Shown here piece by piece: positions 7,544-17,419 of a stretch of DNA of 64,000 nt. This stretch comes from an uncultured Solirubrobacteraceae bacterium (GTDB taxonomy: Bacteria > Actinomycetota > Thermoleophilia > Solirubrobacterales > Solirubrobacteraceae). The translations under genes and the position numbers were made by a program. How positions within the stretch are numbered: position 1 is the stretch's first letter; the number at the start of each line of letters is the position of its first letter. Where the stretch lies: contig CAVTBW010000006.1 in the NCBI GenBank assembly GCA_963733115.1, positions 4,405-68,404 on the forward strand. Direction: 5' to 3'. The notes under the pieces were generated by a model that saw only the letters and a list, made by a program, of their open reading frames with translations, did not search any database and was not told the DNA's origin.

Positions 7544-8930
7544 CGACCCGTCGCTGAACGTGCTCGGACTCGAAGACCACCAGACCCGGCCGGTGCTGCG
7601 ATTCGGGACTGTCGACGTGAGCTTTGCGGCCCGCAACGCCACCACCACCCAAGGGCTGAACCAGCTCTCGACAGCCCAGCTCGAACTCGACTACGGGCTC
7701 ACATCCGGCCAGCCCGTCGACTATCTCGCCCCCGTCACGGTCGGCGTGCGAGACGGCGAACAGGAGCACATCCTGTTCGTCGGTGCGGTCACTGAGGCGC
7801 AGCCCGACGGGCCGATCGCCCGGGTCGCCGCCCTCACCGCACCCGAAATGACCGAGACCGCCGCCGGCGTATTCGTCGGCGTCAACGTGATCGCACCGGA
7901 GGTGATGCACCTGATGGCCAGAGCAGCCGGCCTGCCGGAGGAGCGGATCCGGATCGACGAGCTTGACCAACTCCTGCCCGTGGAGACGATCGAGGTGGTC
8001 GCGCCGCTGCATGGGATCCACGTCACCCGGCCAGTCGTGATCGGGGACGTCACGATCGTCCCGGCCGACACTGGCGGAAGGGCGCTCGCTGGTGTCGAGC
8101 AGAGCCCCGCCGCCAGCGAATTCAAGGACGCGGACGCGCATGCGGTCGTTGTCCGCGTCGGTCGACGGATGCTCGACATCGAGAGCGACGCGCTCGCCGA
8201 AATCGACACCGTGCTCGCATGGCTCGCGGTGCGAAGCCGCTACGGCCTTGCGACGATGCCGGACGGGCAGCCCCAGCCGTTCCGGCGTGACCGCGCACGC
8301 GCGAAACCACGGCGGGGGAGCCTAGTCGTGGTGCGCGGCCTGCTGCACGGGCGCACATGGCTGCGCACACCCGAGGCGTCCGAGGTGAACATCGGGTTGC
8401 TCCCGATCGACCCGGCGGATCGGAGCTGGCTGCCACCGGCAAACATCACCGCAACGGTCCAGAGCAGACAGGCGCTGCTCGCGTGCGCGCGTGCCGCTAG
8501 CGAAAGCGACCCGCTCACGCGGATACAGGCGCTGTGGGAGGCGATCGAGTTCTATGTCACCGGGATCAACCCACCCCGACTGTTCGACAAGGCCGAAGCA
8601 AAGCGCATCAGGAGATCGCTTCCCGGTGACCTGGACCCCGCGCTGCGCGACCGGGCACTGCAACTCCTCGAGAAAATCAACGAGCCGCCGCTGCTGGCAC
8701 GACTCGACGAGGCGATCCGACATGACGGGGTGCCTGTGGCGCCCAGCGAGCTGGAGCTGCTCGGCCGGCTGCGAAAGACACGCAACGACGCCGTGCACGG
8801 CAGGGAGCCTGTGCTGCCGACCCGGGATGAGATCGCACATGCGGTCAGCGTGGTCTCCCGGATGCTGATCTACCGGATCTCAAGACGGCACGAGGACGCT
8901 GAGGCAGCCGGTGGGCACCCGGGCGGTTAA
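7536..8930 (+). CDS. 464-aa protein with a C-terminal HEPN-like (ApeA/MauJ-like) RNase domain
   Basis: DPLTRIQALWEAIEFYV helix and LRKTRNDAVHG (RxxxxH) motif; beta-rich N-terminal domain. Confidence 0.75.
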   Translation: MGSDPSLNVLGLEDHQTRPVLRFGTVDVSFAARNATTTQGLNQLSTAQLELDYGLTSGQPVDYLAPVTVGVRDGEQEHILFVGAVTEAQPDGPIARVAALTAPEMTETAAGVFVGVNVIAPEVMHLMARAAGLPEERIRIDELDQLLPVETIEVVAPLHGIHVTRPVVIGDVTIVPADTGGRALAGVEQSPAASEFKDADAHAVVVRVGRRMLDIESDALAEIDTVLAWLAVRSRYGLATMPDGQPQPFRRDRARAKPRRGSLVVVRGLLHGRTWLRTPEASEVNIGLLPIDPADRSWLPPANITATVQSRQALLACARAASESDPLTRIQALWEAIEFYVTGINPPRLFDKAEAKRIRRSLPGDLDPALRDRALQLLEKINEPPLLARLDEAIRHDGVPVAPSELELLGRLRKTRNDAVHGREPVLPTRDEIAHAVSVVSRMLIYRISRRHEDAEAAGGHPGG

Positions 8931-9345
8931 GTGACAGAAGGCGAGGTGAGACGCGACGCGTGCGGGGATCTCACGTCATGGAGGAAGGCACACTCCCACG
9001 GTCGTTGCCGCCGGGCGCGGAACGAGGCGCTGCGGCCGGCTCGGAGCGCCGGTGGCAGCGGCGGCTCAGGCGGGGCGCCGCTACAACAATACCTAAAATT
9101 GAAATTCAAGTACAAGCACAACATAGAACGGCGCTCAACATGAGGAGCGACCGGAGACGTGCCGGGAAGCGTCGCCGGACATCGCGCGCTTAGTCGGTCG
9201 GGCTTCACGCCGATGATGGCGAGTGACGGCGCTCGAACCGACGACCACGTGGGGCACGATCCGCGGCTTAGCCGACGGCTAACGCCGGCGCAAACGGAAC
9301 CCTATTGGAACCTTGGCGAGCAGCCATCCGACCCGTCCCACGAAA

Positions 9346-9370
9346 AAAGGCCCTGATTACCAGGGCCTTT
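9346..9370 (-). terminator. Intrinsic terminator downstream of tRNA-fMet
   Basis: AAAGGCCCTG-attac-CAGGGCCTTT perfect inverted repeat ending in a T-run on the minus strand. Confidence 0.75.
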
Positions 9371-9375
9371 CTCCA

Positions 9376-9449
<74 letters not shown>

Positions 9450-9523
9450 TCGCTCCACCTGTTTTAGCAAAGAACGGCCCGTCGTGAGCTCCATCGACGC
9501 GCCGCGCCTCTAGGCATCCGCCG

Positions 9524-10478
9524 ATGCGCGTAGCGGTCGTCGACATCGGAACGAACTCCACGCGCCTGCTGATCGCCGACGTAGACCCGATCAGCCGGCG
9601 CCCTCGACCAGCTCGCCCGCGCGTCCCGCGTAACGCGCCTCAGGCAGGGCGTGGACGCCACGGGCGCCCTGAGCGCCACCGCAATCGACCGCGTCCTCGC
9701 CACCCTCGCCGACTACCGCGCCGAGATCGACGCACACGACTGCGAGGAGAACCTAGCCGTCCTCACCTCAGCCGTCCGCGACGCCTCCAACGGCCCCGAC
9801 TTCGCCGCCGGCGTCCGCAACGACTTCGCCCTCGACGCACGCGTCCTGCGCGGCGAGGAAGAGGCGCAGCTGACGTTCCTCGGCGCGATGTCCGGCCGCC
9901 CGACCGGCGGCCCCGGCCCGGACGGCGACCCCGACGACACCCCAACCGTCGTCATCGACATAGGCGGCGGCTCGACCGAGTTCATCGTCGGCACCGGGCG
10001 CACGGCCGGCTTCCACGTCTCGCTGCAGGCCGGCGTCGTGCGCATGAGCGAGCGCCACATCCACACCGACCCGCCCGCGCCGGAGGAGCTGCAGCAGCTC
10101 GCGGCCGACGTGCATCAGACGTTCCTCGACGGCCTGCCGTTCGCCGAGCGCGACCCCGTCAAGCGCGGCATCGCCGTCGCCGGCACCGCGACGTCTGCCG
10201 CCGCGATCGACCAGGAGCTCGACCCGTACGACCCGTCGCGCGTCGACGGCTACGAGCTGACGCTCGGCACCGTCGAAATGCTGCTCGCGCGGCTCGCCGA
10301 CATGGACGAAGCGCGCCGCCGCGCCGTCGTCGGCCTGCACCCCGACCGCGCGCCGACGATCGTCGCCGGCATGATCGTCCTCGGCGAGGCGATGCGCGCG
10401 TTCGACCTCGACGACGTCGAAGTCTCCGAGCACGACATCCTCCAGGGCGGCGCGCTGCGCCTTGCCGGCGTCGGCTGA
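9524..10478 (+). CDS. ppx: Ppx/GppA-family exopolyphosphatase (frameshift near 9600)
   Basis: VAVVDIGTNSTRLLI, TSAVRDASN, DIGGGSTE, VSEHDILQG. Confidence 0.9.
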
Positions 10479-10482
10479 GCCG

Positions 10483-12139
10483 CTACGCCAAGTTCGACTT
10501 GCGCGGGTAGACGACGCTCGGGTCGGTCAGCACGTTGACGAGCGCCGGCTTGCCCGACGAGAACGCGCGCTCGATCGCCGGCCGCACGTCCTGCGGCTCG
10601 CGTACGAGCTCGCCGTAGCAGCCGAGCGCCTCGACGACCTCGTCGTAGCGCGTTTCGGGGCGCAGCTCGGCGGCGACGGAGTAGCCGTAGAGGAACTCCA
10701 TCGGGTGCTTCTCGAGCGCCCAGATACCGTTGTTGCCCATCACGGCGACGACGTTGACGCCGTGGCGCGCGAGCGTGTCGAACTCCATTCCCGAGAAGCC
10801 GAACGCGCCGTCGCCGATCAGCAGCACGACCTGGCGCTCGGGATGCGCGAGCTTCGCCGCGAGCGCGTACCCCGGCCCCGTGCCGAGGCAGCCGAACGGC
10901 CCCGGGTCAAGCCAGCAGCCGGGCGCGTAGCTGTCGATCACGCGACCGGCGTATGAGACGAAGTCGCCGCCGTCGCCGATCACGATCGCGTCGCGGTCGA
11001 GCACCTGCCCGAGCTCGGCGTACAGCCGCATCGGGTGCAGCGGCGAGCGATCGTCCTCGCGCTCGGCGCGCTCGGCCTCGCGGCGCTCGGTCTCGGTCTC
11101 GCGCAGCTGCGCGATCCATGCGCTCACTCGCCAGCGCGCGGTCGCCGGCCGCGACGCGCAGGTCCTCGAGCGCCGCGTCGAGCGCGCCGTAGCACTCGGC
11201 CGCGACCGCGCGCGGGTGCGCGCGCTCGGGCTCGGCCGAGTCGAGCACGACGATCTCGGCGTCCTCGCCGAACGCCGCGCCGAAGGCCAGGCGGAAGTCC
11301 ATCGGCACGCCGATCACGAGCGCGACGTCGGCGCCCTTCAGACCCTGCGAGCGCGCGCGCGAGAAGAACAGCTCGTGGTCGGCCGGCACGCAGCCGCGCG
11401 CGAGGCCGTTGAGGAAGACCGGGATGCGCAGCGTCTCGGCGAGCGCGAGCAGCGCCTGCTCGCCGTGGCCCCAGTAGAGGTCGGTGCCGGCCATGACCAC
11501 CGGGCGCTCGGCCTCGCGCAAGAGCGCGCCGGCGCGCTCGATCGACGCCGAGGACGCGCGCGGCGTCGAGCCGTTGTGCTCGGTCGGCTCGGCCTCGGGC
11601 GCCTCCATGAAGACGTAGTCGAGCGGGAAGTCGACGAACGCCGGGCCGCCGTGCGGCGCCATCGCCGCTCCGAACGCGAGATCGACGAGCGGCGCGATCT
11701 CCTCGGTGCCGCCGGCCGTCACCGCGAGCTTGCTCAGCGGGCGCACGAACGGCACGTGGTCGATCTCCTGCAGCGAGCCCTGCCCCCAGCGCAGCGCCGG
11801 CGCGCGCCCGCCGAGCACGACGATCGGCGAGTGGTTCGCCTGCGCCGAGGCCATCGCGCTCATCCCGTTCGTCACGCCCGGACCGGCCGTCAGCGCGCAC
11901 GCGCCCGGTTCGCGCGTGACCTTCGCCCAGCCCTCGGCCGCGAACGCGGCAGTCGACTCGTGGCGCACGTCGACGATCTCGATGCCCTCCTCGCGACAGC
12001 CGTCGTAGATCGAGAAGAGGTGCCCGCCGGACAGCGTGAACAGCTTGCTGACGCCGTGCGCCTTCAGCCGCCGCGCGATGAGCCGCCCGCCGTGGAACGT
12101 CGCGACATCCGTGCTCTCCTGCGTGCCCTCACTCGCCAC
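10483..12139 (-). CDS. TPP-dependent acetolactate synthase-like / 2-hydroxyacyl-CoA lyase-like enzyme (frameshift near 11125)
   Basis: [38 protein letters not shown]...GNNGIW (TPP motif). Confidence 0.9.
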
Positions 12140-12208
12140 GCGCCGGATCGTATCCGCTCGCCCCTCGTTCGGCGCGTGCGCCAATGCCCGTACGCGGTTA
12201 CGCCGCAG

Positions 12209-12292
12209 TGCCCGGGGTGGGAGTCGAACCCACAATCGCCGTCAAGGCCATCGATTTTAAATCGAGCGCGTCTACCGTTCCGCCACCCGGGC
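12209..12292 (-). tRNA. tRNA-Leu (TAA), bldA-type
   Basis: GCCCGGGTGGCGGAACGGTAGACGCG...TT TAA AA...long variable arm...GTTCGACTCCCACCCCGGGCA. Confidence 0.93.
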
Positions 12293-12392
12293 CGGGTCGG
12301 CGCCAGTGTAGGCGAGGCGCAATCCGGCCGGCAGGGCCGCAACTCGGGCGTTGTTAGCGTGTATTTAGGACTGGATGAGGTAATGGATCCGT

Positions 12393-14119
12393 ATGGAGGC
12401 CTCTGCTCTAGGACATTCCGCCGTCGCGCCCGCACTTCGCGGGCCGACGCCCCTGCTCCGGCTCGCAGTCCGACGAGCGCCTGATCGCGCTCACGCGCCG
12501 CGGCCAGCAGGCCGCGTTCGAGGTGCTCTGCGCGCGCTACCAGTCGCGCCTGCTGTCGTTCTGCCGCCACATGCTCGGCTCGCGCGAGGACGCCGAGGAC
12601 GTCCTGCAGGAGGTCTTCGCCGCCGCGTTCAACGCGATGCTCGCCGACGAGCGCGAGATCAACGTGCGCCCGTGGCTCTACCGGATCGCGCGCAACCGCT
12701 CGCTCAACCACCTGCGCCGCGCCACGGCGATCGGCGTCGACTCGATGGACGTGCACTTCGCCGACGCCGGCCTGTCGACCAGCGAGAAGGCGCGATCCGC
12801 CGCGAGAGTTCCGCGAGCTGCTCGCCGACGTGCACGACCTGCCCGAGACGCAGCGCACGGCGCTGCTGCTGCGCGAGATGGACGCGCTCTCCTACGAGCA
12901 GATCGCGGACGCGATGGACACGACCGTCCCGTCGGTCAAGTCGCTGCTCGTGCGCGCGCGCATCGTCGCTCGCCGAGGCCGCCGAGGCGCGCAAGCTGAC
13001 CTGCGAGGAGGTCCGCTTCGAGCTCGGCGAGGTCGCCGAGGGCCTCGACGTAGCTGAGCGCCGCCGGTGCGCCGGCACGTCGCGGCTGCGAGCGCTGCCG
13101 CGCGCTTCCAGAAGCAGCTCAAGGCGAACAACACGGCGCTCGCCGCGATCCTGCCCGTCGCGCCGCTGTTGATGTTCAAGAAGCTCCTGCTCGCGAAGCT
13201 CGGCTCGGCTGCGGCAGCGCGCACGTCGCCGGCGGCGCCGGCGCGACCGTCAGCGCCGGCGCGGCCGCGCGCCGGCGGCGCCGGAGCGACGGGCGGCGGG
13301 ATCTTCACGCTCGGCGCCGGCGCGCTCGCGACGAAGGCCGTCGCCGGGCTCGCCGCCGCGGCGATCGTCGGCGCCGGCGCGGTCGCCGCCGACCAGTCGA
13401 GCCACCGTCGCCACCACGCGCACGTCGCGACCGCCGCCGTCGCCGCGACGAGTGCCGCGCCGGAACCGCTCGTCGTCGCGCAGCGCACGCAGCCGGTCAG
13501 CTCGATCGCGACGCGCCCGCACCTCGCCTTCGCCGCCGCACACCGCGGCCACCGCGGCCAGCGCGCGAGCACCGCCGTCGCGACGCCGGTCAAAGCGACG
13601 CCGGCGCTTGTCCCGACGGTCGCGAGCACGCCGCAGAAGACGACGGCCACACCGGTGCCCGAACCGCAGGTCACGGAGGTCACGGCCGAGTCGACCCAGC
13701 TCCCGAGCACGGCGCCGACCGCGACGCCGCCGCAGGGCACGCCGGCGACACCCGCCACCACTCCGACGGCGACGGCGCCGGCGAGCACTCCGACCGCCCC
13801 CACGGTTCCGACGGATCCGACGAGCCCGACGACGACGGTCACGACGACGATCACGACGACGACGCCGAGCGACCCTGCGCAGGTCGAAGGACCGACCGGA
13901 GACGCCGGCGCAACGGGCACAGTGACGACGCCGGGCGCCGACGAAGGAACGTCCGCCCCCGCGACGCCGACGACGACGCCGATCTCCGCGCCGCAGGTCG
14001 AGCCGGGCCCGGCGCAGGAAGTGACGGCGTCGACGAGCGCCGTCGCCGCGACGCTGCACCGCGGCGGCCACGGCGTCGGCCACCGCTGGGGCGCGAAGAC
14101 GCACCCCGACGCCGGCTGA
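12393..14119 (+). CDS. ECF sigma factor with a fused zinc finger and Ala/Pro/Thr-rich C-terminal extension (frameshifted)
   Basis: DAEDVLQEVF, PWLYRIARNRSLNHLRR, LPETQRTALLLREMDALSYEQIA, LTCEEVR...HxxxCxxC-like segment, PT-rich tail. Confidence 0.85.
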
Positions 14120-14144
14120 CGCGCGCGGACGCCGGCTGACGCGC
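14108..14144 (+). repeat. 17-bp direct repeat GACGCCGGCTGACGCGC spanning the sigma factor stop codon
   Basis: Copies at 14108-14124 and 14128-14144. Confidence 0.6.
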
Positions 14145-14178
14145 TCGCCGGCCGGCCCGGCCGCACGCGCGGCGCGCG

Positions 14179-14838
14179 CTACCCGAGCGTGAGCGTCTTC
14201 AGCGGACGCAGCAGGACGCCGGCGGAGGCGACTTCGAGCGGCGTCGTGACCTGCGCGTCGGCGGTCGGCGAGGTGAGCATGGCGATCGTGACGCCTTCGC
14301 GCGCGCCGGGCCGTTCGGGCAGCAGCAGGACGTTGCGCCCCCACATCGTGCGGCCTTGCAGTTGCTCGGTGTAGATGACCTGGTAGGCGGGGACGGTGTT
14401 GACGCGCGTCTTGCCGTCGCCGCGCAGCACGAAGTCGTCGTCGTGCGCGCGCAGCGTTTCGATGTAGCCGGCGGCGTAGACGGGCAGCTCGCCGCTCTGC
14501 CCGCCGCTGTACGGCGGCAGCGTCAGCGGGCCGACGGCGAACGAGTCCTCGAGCATGCCGTCGCCGTCGTGGCGCTCGAGCCGCACGAACTCGCCTGGTT
14601 CGGGCGCGACGCGGTAGAGGCTGCGGTAGCTGAAGTGGAACGGCACGCTGCCGCCGTGCGAGTAGTGCGCGTTCTCGAGCGTCAGGAAGGCGCCGAGCGC
14701 GAGCGCGATGACGGCGGCGACGAGCACGAGCGTGATCGCGCGCACGAGCGCCGAGGTCGAGTGCCACCACGGCGAGAGCAGGCGCCCGAGCGTCGGCCCG
14801 TACGCCGGCTTGATCGGCACGGCCGGGAGCTCGCGCAC
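14179..14838 (-). CDS. Hypothetical membrane-anchored protein
   Basis: One hydrophobic helix (ITLVLVAAVIALALGAFL) followed by a soluble domain; typical codon usage. Confidence 0.7.
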   Translation of the reverse strand: MRELPAVPIKPAYGPTLGRLLSPWWHSTSALVRAITLVLVAAVIALALGAFLTLENAHYSHGGSVPFHFSYRSLYRVAPEPGEFVRLERHDGDGMLEDSFAVGPLTLPPYSGGQSGELPVYAAGYIETLRAHDDDFVLRGDGKTRVNTVPAYQVIYTEQLQGRTMWGRNVLLLPERPGAREGVTIAMLTSPTADAQVTTPLEVASAGVLLRPLKTLTLG

Positions 14839-14840
14839 GA

Positions 14841-15116
14841 CTACTCGCCGATCGAGAAGAGCGCTTCGAGGTCGTGGCGCGAGAAGGCGGCGAACGCGAC
14901 CATCGTCTGCGTGCGCAGGACGCCGGGCAGGCCGCCGATCTCGGTCGTGACGACGTCGGCGAGCTGCTCGTGGTCGGGCACGCGCACGATCGCGACGAAG
15001 TCCCACTCGCCGGTCACGGAGTACGCCTCGGCGACGCCCTCGATCCCGGCGAGGTCGCCGCCGAGCGTCGAGAGCGCGTCGCGCTCCGCCTCGATCAGCA
15101 CCACCGCGTTCGTCAT
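14841..15116 (-). CDS. Lrp/AsnC ligand-binding domain protein
   Basis: IEGVAEAYSVTGEWDFVAIVRV...GVLRTQTMVAF. Confidence 0.9.
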   Translation of the reverse strand: MTNAVVLIEAERDALSTLGGDLAGIEGVAEAYSVTGEWDFVAIVRVPDHEQLADVVTTEIGGLPGVLRTQTMVAFAAFSRHDLEALFSIGE

Positions 15117-15189
15117 CGCCATGAACTGCCCATGATAAGGAGAGCGATCGACGCCGGCGCGGCGAGCGCGTCGCGCACGCTCGTGCGGC

Positions 15190-16045
15190 TCACTGCTCGG
15201 ACTGCCCGACGCTCTGCAGCCCGAGGCCGACGAGCAGCCCGAGCACGCCGCCGGTGACGCCGGCGAGCCAGCGGCCTCGGGCAGCGCGAGCAGTCGGACG
15301 GTCGCGCCGCTGATCAGCCACGGCTCCTTCGGCAGGACGAACGGCATCGCGAGCATCAGCGCGGCGAGCGCGCCGGCGCCGAGCAAATCGCCTTCGTAGT
15401 AGTGCCCGGCGCGCGCGGCGCGCACGTCGGGCGCGGCCCACGCGGCGATCAGCGCGAGCGCGCCGGCGTTCGCGCCGAGCGCGACCGGCAGGGGATAGAC
15501 GGCGAGCGCGACGAGCGCGCCGGCGACGCCGGCGCCGAGGAACAGCACGAGCACGACGAGCGCGCCGAAGCGGCGCTCGAGCAGCCAGCCGAAGATCGCG
15601 ACGACGACGAGCGTGACGAACGCGTACCATCCGTTGAGGTACGCGAACTGGCTGCTGAAGAGCTTCCACCAGTCGCCGTGCAGCGGCCCGACGATCAGCA
15701 GCTTCGTCGACGTGACGAAACCGGCGCGCAGCAGCACCCAGATGACGCAGCTCGCGGCGACGATCGCGATCGTCGCGTACGGCCGCGCGGCGATCGTCGC
15801 GGCGAGCGCCGGGCGCGTCGTGCGGCGCGGCGCTTCGGCGGGCGCCGCGCGCCCGCCGCCGCCACGCGCGCCCCAGCGGCCGAGCACCCCGAGCGGCGCG
15901 GCGAGCGCTCGGGCGCGCCCGGCCGCGGGAGCTTCGGCGCGCGCCGGCGCAGCCGGTGACCGCAGTACGGGCACTCGGTGATGTACGGGCTGACCTCGGA
16001 TCCGCAGTTCTTGCAAACGACGAACAGATCCGCACCGGAGGGCAT
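15190..16045 (-). CDS. Rhomboid-family membrane protein with an N-terminal zinc ribbon (frameshifted)
   Basis: CKNCGSEVSPYITECPYCG; DWWKLFSSQF; FGWLLERRFG; LGANAGALAL. Confidence 0.8.
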
Positions 16046-16149
16046 CGTCGACCCATTCTACGGCCGTCTCGCGCGCGCGAGCCACGCCCGATCGCGCGGC
16101 GCCGCGGGCTCTCCGCACCGGCCGGCGCGCCTTTGCGATACTCAGAGCC

Positions 16150-17081
16150 ATGACTCTCGGCTACGACCAGAAGCTCTACATCCTCGCCTTCGACCACCGC
16201 GGCTCGTTCCAGAAGAAGTTCTTCGGCATCGAGGGCGAGCCCGACGCGGAGCAGACCGCGATCATCGCCGACGCCAAGCACCTGATCTTCGAGGGGATGC
16301 TGCAGGCGGTCTCCTCCGGCGCAGACCCGTCGGCGACGGGCGTGCTCGTCGACGAGCAGTTCGGCTCGACCGTGCCGCAGGAGGCGCGCGAGCGCGGGCT
16401 GAAGCTCGCGATGCCGGCCGAGCGCTCGGGCCAGAACACGTTCGACTTCGAGTACGGCGATGACTTCGGCGAGCACATCCTGAAGCTTCGACCCGGACTT
16501 CACGAAGGTGCTCGTCCGCTACAACCCCGACGGCGACGCCGCGGCGAACGCCGAGCAGCTCGGCAAGCTCAAGCGCCTCAGCGACTGGCTCAAGCAGCAC
16601 GACCGCAAGTTCCTCTTCGAGCTGCTCGTCCCGGCCGAGGCCGGCGCAGCTCGAGGCCGTCGGCGGCGACGCCGACCGCTACGACCAGGAGCTGCGCCCC
16701 GAGCTGATGCGCCGCGCGATCGTCGAGATCCAGGACGCCGGCATCGAGGTCGACATCTGGAAGATCGAGGGCGTCGACGCGCGCTCGGACTGCGAGATGC
16801 TCGTCGCGCAGGCCCGCTCGGGCGGCCGCGACGGCGTCGTCTGCGTCGTGCTCGGCCGCGGCGCCGACGACGACAAGGTCGACCAATGGCTGCAGGCGGC
16901 CGCGCCGGTCGACGGCTTCGTCGGCTTCGCGATCGGACGCTCGATCTGGTGGGACCCGCTCAAAGCGTACGTCGACGGCAAGATCGAGCGCTCCGAGGGC
17001 GCGCGCAGGATCGCCGAGAACTACCTGCGCTTCGTCCAGGTCTACGAGCGCGCCGAGGGCAAGACCCCAGTCGCGTCCTGA
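16150..17081 (+). CDS. DUF2090 / IolC C-terminal-like aldolase-domain protein (frameshifted)
   Basis: LYILAFDHRGSF, VLVDEQFG, DIWKIEG, VVLGRGA, GFAIGRSIW. Confidence 0.85.
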
Positions 17082-17118
17082 CATGCCCACGCGCGCGGTG
17101 TGTGGCACTAGACGACGA

Positions 17119-17392
17119 ATGAATTGCCTGCGACCAGAGCGCCTGCACGCGAGCGACTGGGAGCGAGGCATTCGTCGAATGCGGAGAGCTTTCGCGCTCA
17201 AAGATCTCGCTCGACCGCCACCGGCGCGACTCGCTGCGCCGGACGGCCGAGCAGCGCACGCTCAAGCGCGAGGTCGAGCGCCGTCACAAGCGCGGGTCGA
17301 TGCGCTTCGCGCTGCTCGTGCTGACGCTGATCATGACGGCGGCGATCGTCACCGTCGTGATGTTCCGGACGCTGTATCTCCTGCTCGGCTAG
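17119..17392 (+). CDS. Small membrane protein (5' part frameshifted, start uncertain)
   Basis: Frame reading ...EQRTLKREVERRHKRGSMRFALLVLTLIMTAAIVTVVMFRTLYLLLG* ends at 17392. Confidence 0.55.
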
Positions 17393-17419
17393 AGCCCGAC
17401 GACGCCGCGAGGCGCAGCG

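Larger units (their letters stand above)
230..9375. mobile_element. Integrative mobilizable element (int-xis-regulators-MOBF relaxase-cargo) at the 3' end of tRNA-fMet; left boundary not resolved
   Basis: Integrase, excisionase, XRE and relaxase are clustered beside a tRNA 3' end; less CGCG-rich than the core genome; no T4SS or coupling-protein genes seen; no duplicated tRNA 3' end found in the window. Confidence 0.8.

Noticed and set aside
13250-14770. Long Arg/Ala-rich alternative-frame and antisense ORFs here and throughout the window
   Set aside because: Shadow ORFs expected in high-GC DNA with few stop codons; they overlap well-supported genes
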